A stretch of DNA of 16,988 nt from Chthoniobacteraceae bacterium. Its GTDB lineage: Bacteria > Verrucomicrobiota > Verrucomicrobiia > Chthoniobacterales > Chthoniobacteraceae. Made by a program: the position numbers and the translations under genes. Where the stretch lies: NCBI GenBank assembly GCA_031409655.1, contig JANNXQ010000054.1, positions 1 to 16,988 of the forward strand, written 5' to 3'. This document shows positions 7,864-14,440 of this stretch, piece by piece; position 1 is the first letter of the stretch, and the number at the start of each line of letters is the position of its first letter. The notes below the pieces were generated by a model. That model did no database searches. It was given only the letters and a program-made list of their open reading frames with translations, and was not told where the DNA came from.

Positions 7864-8712
7864 TCACCGCGCCAGGGCGGCGAGTTCCGTGCGGTGCCGG
7901 GCCACGGTCGCGGCGCCGAGGGCCACGCATTTTGGGCCGGCAGTGCGGGTATTCCACGGACGCGGGCGCGGGGTGGAGGTTTCCAGGAAAAGGACGCGTT
8001 TGCCGGCCTGGCAGGCGAGCTCGGTTTTCAGACGCAGCAGTTCGTCGCAGATGATCATGTGCGCGACCGCTCCGGCCGCGCCGATGCCCATGCGGTAGCG
8101 TGCTTCCTGGCCAGCGTCGTTCTCCGGATTGACCACGGAGTGGATGACGATGGTCTCGATCTCGGGATCGGCGATCCAGTGATCGAAGGGGATCGGATTC
8201 GCCAGTCCGCCGTCCCAATACGAGCCGCCATCAAGGCGCTGTGCGGCAAACATTCCGGGGAAGGCGCCGCTGGCGAGGATGGCTTCGGCGAGCGGTCCGC
8301 TGGTTAGCAAGGTGGTCCGCGGATGAATGAGATCGGTGGCCGCGAGCGCGAGGCGGGGGCGGCAATCTTCGATGCGCTTTTCTCCCAGGCGCGCACGCAG
8401 CAGCCCCAGCGCGCCGTGGCCGCGCAGGATGCCGGTGTGGCCGCGCAGATTCATGAAGGTGCCAAACATCCGCCAGGCGCAGCCCCATTCCCAAAAAGCC
8501 CGCCCGGCCTTGGCGCCGAGCAGCCACTCAACCGTCTCACGCGGCGTCAGTCCGGCCGCATAGGCACCCGCGACCACCGAGCCCGCGGAAGCTCCGCTCA
8601 AGGCCACGGGCCGCACGCCGAGGTCCGTGAGCGCTTCCAAAAATCCGGCGTGCGCAAAGAAACCGAGGAACGACGAATTCAGACAGAGCGCGACTCCGCC
8701 GCCTTCAGACAT
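7864..8712 (-). CDS. Patatin-like phospholipase/acyl hydrolase
   Basis: 282 aa. Nucleophile GASAG, ASGAFPG and YWDGG catalytic Asp. The Gly-rich loop reads NSSFLGFFAHAG. 8-nt overlap with the upstream gene. Confidence 0.88.
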   Translation of the reverse strand: MSEGGGVALCLNSSFLGFFAHAGFLEALTDLGVRPVALSGASAGSVVAGAYAAGLTPRETVEWLLGAKAGRAFWEWGCAWRMFGTFMNLRGHTGILRGHGALGLLRARLGEKRIEDCRPRLALAATDLIHPRTTLLTSGPLAEAILASGAFPGMFAAQRLDGGSYWDGGLANPIPFDHWIADPEIETIVIHSVVNPENDAGQEARYRMGIGAAGAVAHMIICDELLRLKTELACQAGKRVLFLETSTPRPRPWNTRTAGPKCVALGAATVARHRTELAALAR

Positions 8713-9343
8713 GCGCGCGTACCTCCGCGTGCAGGCTCACGAGCGCGCGCTGCAGCTCGTCGCGGAGCGCCGCGCGCGCACCTTCGCGGCCCAGCTCGGA
8801 GCGGAGGTGCAGCGGCTCGCCATAGGCCACCGCCCAGCGCGTGCTTCGGAGCGGCAGCCAGCTTTGCCAGCGGGAAAATTTTCGCCCACCGACGATCACA
8901 CACGGCACCACCGGCACGCGTGCGAGCTGCGCCAGCCGCACCACGCCATCATTCAGCGCCCCGTGCTCGAGCACGGATTCCGCGCCAGTGCGGAGGCGGC
9001 CTTCCGGGAAAATCCCGACGACGCGCCCGGCGCGCAGATGTCCGGTGATCATCCGCATCGTCGCGGTATCTGCGCGGCTGCGATCGAGCGGCGACGCGCC
9101 CATCGCGCGGAGAAACCAGCGGCTCAGCGGATGCTGGAAAAGTTCGACGATGCTCAGCCAGTAGATCACGCGCGGGGTTGTAGCGATGAGCAGGGCGGCG
9201 TCAAACGCACTCTCGTGATTCGCCGCGAGCAGATACGCGCCGGGCAGCGTCGCCCGCGCGCGGTGCAGGATCAGCGGGCGCGAGGCGACGAGGAAGACCG
9301 GCGTCCCGATGACGCGAACGGTGTGGTAGAAAAGTTCACTCAA
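8705..9343 (-). CDS. Lysophospholipid acyltransferase (PlsC/LPLAT family), copy 2 (~212 aa)
   Basis: Real part of ORF 8705..9883. TTG start at 9343 overlaps the upstream TGA (TTGA). Motifs ANHESAFD (HxxxxD), LDR and GIFPEG. Confidence 0.88.
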   Translation of the reverse strand: MSELFYHTVRVIGTPVFLVASRPLILHRARATLPGAYLLAANHESAFDAALLIATTPRVIYWLSIVELFQHPLSRWFLRAMGASPLDRSRADTATMRMITGHLRAGRVVGIFPEGRLRTGAESVLEHGALNDGVVRLAQLARVPVVPCVIVGGRKFSRWQSWLPLRSTRWAVAYGEPLHLRSELGREGARAALRDELQRALVSLHAEVRAHV

Positions 9344-10014
9344 GGCGCGATGGAGTCGGGAAGCTGCCAGCGCGCGCGCATCTCCGCAAAGAGCTGCACA
9401 TAGGCCCGCTCGATCTGGGCGGCCATCTCCGCCCGCGCCGCGCGGCGGTCGGGGCCGGTCAGGGGCGGGATGAAATCGCCGCAAATCACCCACAGCCGCC
9501 CGCGCCAGCAAGGCAGCCACGGCCCCACCTTCAGCAGCTTCTCCGTGCCGACGACGATGCACGGGAGCACCGGACGTCCCGACCGTGCGGCGAGCAGGCA
9601 CGCGCCGCGTTTGATGGAACCACCGCGCAGGACCGAGACTGGCCCCAGAGTCATTTCGCCCTCGGGGAACACGCCCACCACTTCGTCGCGCGCGAGCCGG
9701 CGCAGCGCTTCGCGGATCGCTCCGAGCGCGGAGCCCTGACGATTCACCGGAAAGGAATGCAGGCAGCGCAGCGCCCGGGCCGCCCAGGCTTTGCGGAAAA
9801 ATTCGACGCGCGCCATCCAGCCGATCTGCCGCGGCCAGACCGCGCTCACGCAGAAGGGATCGAGATGGCTGATGTGGGCGCAAAGGAGGATGTAGCCGCT
9901 CGGCGTCGCGCCCCGCTCGAGGCCATGGCGCCGGACGCGCATCGTCCAGAAAAAGACCAGCCGGAGGAAATGCTCGACGACGCGGTAAACGATGGAGTCA
10001 GCAGAGCTTTGCAT
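9340..10014 (-). CDS. Lysophospholipid acyltransferase (PlsC/LPLAT family), copy 1
   Basis: 224 aa. Motifs AHISHLD (HxxxxD), FPVNR and GVFPEG. 17-nt overlap with the deacetylase gene. Confidence 0.9.
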   Translation of the reverse strand: MQSSADSIVYRVVEHFLRLVFFWTMRVRRHGLERGATPSGYILLCAHISHLDPFCVSAVWPRQIGWMARVEFFRKAWAARALRCLHSFPVNRQGSALGAIREALRRLARDEVVGVFPEGEMTLGPVSVLRGGSIKRGACLLAARSGRPVLPCIVVGTEKLLKVGPWLPCWRGRLWVICGDFIPPLTGPDRRAARAEMAAQIERAYVQLFAEMRARWQLPDSIAP

Positions 10015-10765
10015 CGTCGGGGATGGCGAAAGTGAAACCGTCTGCCCGCAGCGCGTCCACGGTGCGCAGGATGGTCTCGACGCTGCGTGGGCGGCCTTCG
10101 TGCAAAAGCACGATCCCGCCTGGCTGCGCGCGGCGCGTCACTCTTCGGACGACCGCGTCTGGCGCGCCGCCCACGCCGTCGCAGCCGCGTACATTCCAGG
10201 CGACGAGCCGCATCCTCCGCGCCGCCAGCGTCGGGTGGAGCCGCACTGGCTTCAGCCCGACCGGCGCGCGGAACCAGCGTTGCTCCGGCACGCCCGCCGC
10301 CCGCAGGGCAGCGGCGCAGTCGTCGATTTCCGCCCGCAGCCGCGCCGGCCAGAGCCAGGGGAAAAGGTGCGCCGGGTGGGTCTGCGTGTGATTCGCCAGG
10401 GTGTGCCCGGCGTCCATCCAGCGGCGGGCAATCTCTGGCTGCCGCGCGAGGTGGCGCCCGATGACAAAGAAGGTGGCGGGCACGCCGCGTTGCGCGAGTT
10501 CGTCGCCCAGGCGCACCGAGTCGTCGCCGGCCGGCCCGTCGTCGATCGTCAGCCAGACCTCCCGCGCGTCCGTTGCAAAACGCGTCACCACCGGCCCGAA
10601 CCAACCGCACTGCGGCCGCATCACCGCGCAGGCAAAGGCGCTGTGAAAACACGCCGCTGCCGCGAGCACCCAAGGCTCCTGGAAGCGCGTGGCCAGCACC
10701 GCGATCGGAGCGGCAAAATTGCCGCCGAGCAGGGTGGGACGGACCCAGGTGGGGTGGCGCGGCAT
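9998..10765 (-). CDS. Polysaccharide deacetylase (CE4/NodB family) with hydrophobic N-terminus
   Basis: Motifs WLTIDDGP, ATFFVIG, NHTQTHP, WFRAPVG and IVLLHEG. ATG at 10765 chosen because the longer start runs through the repeat region. Confidence 0.9.
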   Translation of the reverse strand: MPRHPTWVRPTLLGGNFAAPIAVLATRFQEPWVLAAAACFHSAFACAVMRPQCGWFGPVVTRFATDAREVWLTIDDGPAGDDSVRLGDELAQRGVPATFFVIGRHLARQPEIARRWMDAGHTLANHTQTHPAHLFPWLWPARLRAEIDDCAAALRAAGVPEQRWFRAPVGLKPVRLHPTLAARRMRLVAWNVRGCDGVGGAPDAVVRRVTRRAQPGGIVLLHEGRPRSVETILRTVDALRADGFTFAIPDDAKLC

Positions 10766-10790
10766 CGGGTGGGCATAAGTTCCCAATGCA

Positions 10791-10917
10791 AAATTCCAAG
10801 CTCCAAACAATTCCAACCGACCTAAAATGGAAGAGCGGCCCGTCCGCGCCGCGGGCGAATTCATCGCCCAAGCATCTTTTCGTTGCTCCTTTTGCTTGGA
10901 GCTAGGAATTTGGAATC
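10791..10917. repeat. Inverted pair of short heptamer-type repeats in the divergent intergenic region
   Basis: AAATTCCAAGCTCCAAACAA (10791-10810) matches the reverse complement of 10892-10911, AAATTCCTAGCTCCAAGCAA, at 18/20. Units TTGGAGC/TAGGAAT/TTGGAAT. Confidence 0.75.
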
Positions 10918-10937
10918 TCCGCTCCGTCCGCTACTCT
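10910..10937 (+). promoter_or_regulatory. Candidate promoter for the halogenase-2 operon
   Basis: TTGGAA-16 nt-TACTCT, ending 10 nt before the ATG at 10948. No Shine-Dalgarno visible. Confidence 0.35.
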
Positions 10938-10947
10938 CCCGCTGCCC

Positions 10948-12243
10948 ATGCACGACACCACCGCTCCCTACGACGCCGTCATCATCGGTGGCGGCCCAGC
11001 CGGGAGCACCGCCGCCACCTTGCTGGCCCGTGCCGGGCATCGCGTCCTGATTCTCGAACGCGAGAAATTCCCGCGCTTCCACATCGGCGAATCGCTCCTG
11101 CCCTACTCGATGCCCGTCTTCGAGCGGCTCGGCGTGCGGGAGATCCTCGATCGCACGGCGGTCCACAAGCACGGCGCGGAACTGAACTCGGCCTGTGGGC
11201 GCAAGCGGGTGCGCTTCTTTTTCCGCCAGGGCTTCCGCCTCGCGCACCACCGCGCCTATCAGGTCGAGCGTTCCGTCTTTGACAAGATGCTCCTCGATCA
11301 TTCCGCCGCGAGCGGGGCCGAGGTCCGCGAGCAGACGACCGTGGAAAAGGCGACCTTCGATGCCGACGGCGCGACGCTCGCGACGCGGGGCGCGGACGGC
11401 TCGCGACGCGAAGTGCGCGCGCGTTTCGTCATCGATGCCAGTGGTCGGCACACCGTCCTCGGTAGCCAGTTTGACCTCAAGCAGCGCTACACCACGCTCA
11501 ATAAATTCTCCGTCTTCGCGCACTTTGAGGGCGTCGCGCGGGAGCCCGGCGAGAATGGCACCCTGACCAGCATGCTGCGCGATCGCGACCGCTGGTTCTG
11601 GATCATCCCCGTCACCGAAACGCGCACCAGCATCGGCGTCGTCACCGATGCCGAAGTCTTCAAGCGCGCCCGCCAGACGCCGGAGAAATTCCTCCAGGAA
11701 GCAATCGCTGGCCAGCCCGTGCTCATGGAGCGCATGCCAAACGCCGAGCGCGCCACCCCGGTCCACGCGACCGGCGACTACTCATATCGCAATACCCGCT
11801 TCGCCGGTGACCGCTGGCTGCTCGCAGGCGACGCCGCCGGCTTCATCGACCCCGTCTTCAGCACCGGAGTCTTCCTCGCACTCGCCTCCGGCGAAAAAGC
11901 CGCGGATGCCGTCGCCATCGCGCTCGCCCATCCCGCGCGCCGGGCGCGCGAATTTTCCACCTACGAGCGCCGCCTCAATCGCGGCATGGACCTCTACCTC
12001 CGCTTCGTCACGGCGTGGTACTCGGACGAATTTGTGGACGTGATCTTCCAGCCCACCGCGCGCTTCGAACTGGTCGGGGCCGTCAATGCCGTGCTCGCCG
12101 GCAACATCACCGGCGGCCTGCCGATCTGGTGGCGCATGCAACTTTTCTACCTCGTGGTTTTCTTGCAGCGGTTCTTCGCCCTCTGCCCGCGCCTCGATGT
12201 GACACCCGCCGCCACCCGCGCGCCGGAGCCCGCCGTTTCGTAA
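10948..12243 (+). CDS. Flavin-dependent halogenase-like FAD oxidoreductase 2
   Basis: 431 aa. Motifs GGGPAG, FPRFHIGESLLP, Lys74 in VHKHG, YQVERSVFD, FVIDASGR, WFWIIP and GDAAGFIDPVFSTG. Confidence 0.92.
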   Translation: MHDTTAPYDAVIIGGGPAGSTAATLLARAGHRVLILEREKFPRFHIGESLLPYSMPVFERLGVREILDRTAVHKHGAELNSACGRKRVRFFFRQGFRLAHHRAYQVERSVFDKMLLDHSAASGAEVREQTTVEKATFDADGATLATRGADGSRREVRARFVIDASGRHTVLGSQFDLKQRYTTLNKFSVFAHFEGVAREPGENGTLTSMLRDRDRWFWIIPVTETRTSIGVVTDAEVFKRARQTPEKFLQEAIAGQPVLMERMPNAERATPVHATGDYSYRNTRFAGDRWLLAGDAAGFIDPVFSTGVFLALASGEKAADAVAIALAHPARRAREFSTYERRLNRGMDLYLRFVTAWYSDEFVDVIFQPTARFELVGAVNAVLAGNITGGLPIWWRMQLFYLVVFLQRFFALCPRLDVTPAATRAPEPAVS

Positions 12244-12245
12244 AT

Positions 12246-12333
12246 TTTGAATGATGAATGATCCGGCCCTCGGATTCCTGCCGACCGGCCGGATGGCTCC
12301 GGCATTCAGAATTCATTATTCAGCACTCCGCAT
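12246..12333. repeat. Inverted heptamer-type tandem repeats around a GC-rich spacer
   Basis: TTTGAAT-GATGAAT-GAT on the left and CATTCAG-AATTCAT-TATTCAG-CACTCCG-CAT on the right, in opposite orientation. Confidence 0.65.
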
Positions 12334-12342
12334 CGTGGCCTG

Positions 12343-13254
12343 ATGCGTTCTGCGCTCTACAGCGTCCGGTTCTTCAAGGCCGGCTACGTCCTAGCGCAAT
12401 TCCTCCCCCGCCGGATCTCGCATCGGCTCGGCGCCGGCATCGCCCTCGCGAGCTACCACCGGCGCGCGACTGTGCAGCAGGTGCTCCGCGCGAACCTGCG
12501 CCGTCTTGCCGGTCGCGACGGCGCGTCTCTCGATATGCTCTGCGAGGAAAACGTCGCCAACTTCGGACGCATGCTCGCGGATTATTTCCTCTGCTCCGGG
12601 GTGCGCGGGGAAAGTCGCGTCGCCGCGCTCGTCGATGAGTGGCGCGGCATCGAGCACCTCCAAGCCGCGCGCGCGCAGGGTCGGGGGACCATCATCGTCA
12701 CCGCGCATCTTGGGCATTGGGAAATGGGCGGCACCATGCTCGCCATGCGCGGCTTCCCCATGACCGTCGTCACGCTCGACGAACCCAGCAGCGAACTCAC
12801 CCGCTGGCGCGACGCCCACCGCCGCCAGCTCGGGATCAAGACCATCGCCGTCGGTCCCGGCCGCCAGTTCGCTTTCATGGAAATGCTCGCCGCCTTGCGC
12901 CGCAACGAAAGCGTCGCCATGCTCGTGGATCGCCCCTATGCCAGCACCGGCCTGCCCGTGGACTTTTGCGGCGCCCGCACCGAATTTTCCAGCGCCCCCG
13001 CCCTCCTCGCCCACCACTCCGGCGCCACCGTCCTCCCCGCCTTCGTCCTCCTGAACGCCCAGCGCCGCTACGTCTCCTTCGCCGCCCCGCAAATTCCCCT
13101 CGCCACCGCCCCTGCCGCCCGCGCCGTCCTCGGCGAAAACACCCAGCGCCTCGCCACGATGTTCGAGTCGATCATCCGCAGCCACCCCGAGCAGTGGTTC
13201 AACTACGCCCCCGTCTGGCCGGAAGGGGAGAAACCCGAAGACAAAACCGCATAG
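12343..13254 (+). CDS. LpxL/HtrB-family (lipid A lauroyl/phosphatidylinositol-mannoside acyltransferase-like) acyltransferase
   Basis: 303 aa. Motifs GIEHL, GTIIVTAHLGHWE (HxxxxE), AMLVDR, VDFCG and HPEQWFNY. Confidence 0.9.
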   Translation: MRSALYSVRFFKAGYVLAQFLPRRISHRLGAGIALASYHRRATVQQVLRANLRRLAGRDGASLDMLCEENVANFGRMLADYFLCSGVRGESRVAALVDEWRGIEHLQAARAQGRGTIIVTAHLGHWEMGGTMLAMRGFPMTVVTLDEPSSELTRWRDAHRRQLGIKTIAVGPGRQFAFMEMLAALRRNESVAMLVDRPYASTGLPVDFCGARTEFSSAPALLAHHSGATVLPAFVLLNAQRRYVSFAAPQIPLATAPAARAVLGENTQRLATMFESIIRSHPEQWFNYAPVWPEGEKPEDKTA

Positions 13255-13299
13255 GCTGTGTTTGCAAACCGGCGCGGAAAGGACGATCCGACGCCCCAC

Positions 13300-13364
13300 C
13301 AAGGAGTCGGGGCGCCCTCGCCCCGAGTTGCTCTTGGGGGCGAGGGCGCCCCTGCTCCTTGCCC
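13300..13364. repeat. REP-like palindromic element, family A copy 2 (long hairpin, possible terminator/RNA stabiliser)
   Basis: CAAGGAGTCGGGGCGCCCTCGCCCCGAG-TTG-CTCTTGGGGGCGAGGGCGCCCCTGCTCCTTG. The arms pair over most of their length. Homologous to 1-50. Confidence 0.82.
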
Positions 13365-13393
13365 GCGCCGTTGGCCTCCCGGAAAAAAGTGGA

Positions 13394-13421
13394 TTTACAA
13401 CCGGAGCCCGCCCCCTACCTT
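13394..13421 (+). promoter_or_regulatory. Putative tRNA promoter
   Basis: A-tract upstream, TTTACA-16 nt-TACCTT, then a C-rich discriminator-like stretch before the tRNA. Confidence 0.55.
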
Positions 13422-13436
13422 CGCACCTCCCGTTTT

Positions 13437-13510
13437 TGCCTTATGGTGTAATGGTAGCACAGCAGACTCTGAATCTGCTTGTCTAGGTTCGAGTCCTAGT
13501 AAGGCAACCA
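13437..13510 (+). tRNA. tRNA-Gln (anticodon CTG)
   Basis: Acceptor stem TGCCTTA/TAAGGCA (U1-A72). D arm GGTGTAATGGTAGCAC. Anticodon arm GCAGA-CTCTGAA-TCTGC. T arm CTAGG-TTCGAGT-CCTAG. Encoded CCA. 74 nt. Confidence 0.97.
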
Positions 13511-13549
13511 TCCTCCCAGTAGCGGTTTCACTCGCGAATGCGGACGCGT

Positions 13550-14440
13550 TCACTCCACCATCACGCGGCAGAACGCTCTCGTATTCGCCGCTCCGGCGGT
13601 TGCGTCCGTGAAAGTGGTCACCGGTGCGATTGCGGGCCGACCGCTTGCGATCACTTCGGAGCTTTCGAACCAAGGCGATTCAGACCGCAGCACCCGATAG
13701 GTCCGCCCCGCGACCCCGGACCAGTGGAGTAGCACATTCCCAGCGGGATTCCGCTCAATCGCCGTGATCTTGAAGACCGACGTCGGGTTCGCTGGGTTTG
13801 TCCCGGCGATCAGTTCCGCCCAGTCACTCGCCCCATCCGCATCCGTGTCCGCCTTCACCGGGCTGCTGAGCAGCACGAGGATTTCCTCCCCGTCGCCGAT
13901 CCCATCCCGATCCGTGTCGTAGCGCCCCGGATCGGAACCCCGCGCGATTTCATCCGCATCCGCCACCCCGTCGCCATCCGAGTCCGCGACGCTGATCGCG
14001 AGGGATTGGTCCACTTCGATCCGGTAAAAGGCGCGCGCCACCGCATTCGCCCCGAAATCCGTGTAAGCACTGAGCGGCGCTGACGCCACGAGTGCCGAGG
14101 CCAGCACATTGTAGCTCGCCAAATCCGGCGCGTCCGAGCGGAGCACGCGGTAGCTCTTCCCGCGCACACTCCTCCACCGAATTTCAAACCCGGTGCCTAT
14201 GCGCGAAATGTCCGTGATTACCAGCGTCGAAAGTGGGTCCGTCGGGTCGGTGCCTGCGGTGATTTCCGCCGCGTCGCGCTGCCCATCCCCGTCGGAGTCG
14301 GCCACCCGAGGATCGCTGTGAAAGACCTGCAACTCCTGCGCATCGGTGAAGCCATCGCCATCGCTATCCGGCTTGAGCGGATCGGTCCCGGCGGTCTGCT
14401 CCTGCGCTGTGGTGAGTCCGTCGCCATCAGGATCGTCGTC
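13550..14440 (-). repeat. Intragenic tandem duplication of a ~145-aa module
   Basis: Module 1 (~14006-14440) and module 2 (~13550-13985) each contain three DxDxDG repeats, AGT(D/N)P, W.S/G..G(K/R).YRVLRS and ...(Y/F)TD...RAF(Y/C)R. Confidence 0.85.

Noticed and set aside
9344..9883. N-terminal extension of ORF 8705..9883
   Set aside because: Off-frame overlap with the upstream acyltransferase. The TTGA overlap at 9340-9343 gives a start matching the paralogue's length.
1575..13254. Calling the cluster a standard aryl-polyene, pyrrolyl-ACP (pyoluteorin-type) or lipid A locus
   Set aside because: There is no KS/CLF/FabG/FabZ, no prolyl-ACP acyl-CoA-dehydrogenase homologue and no other lpx gene in the window. 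Gene symbols were therefore withheld.
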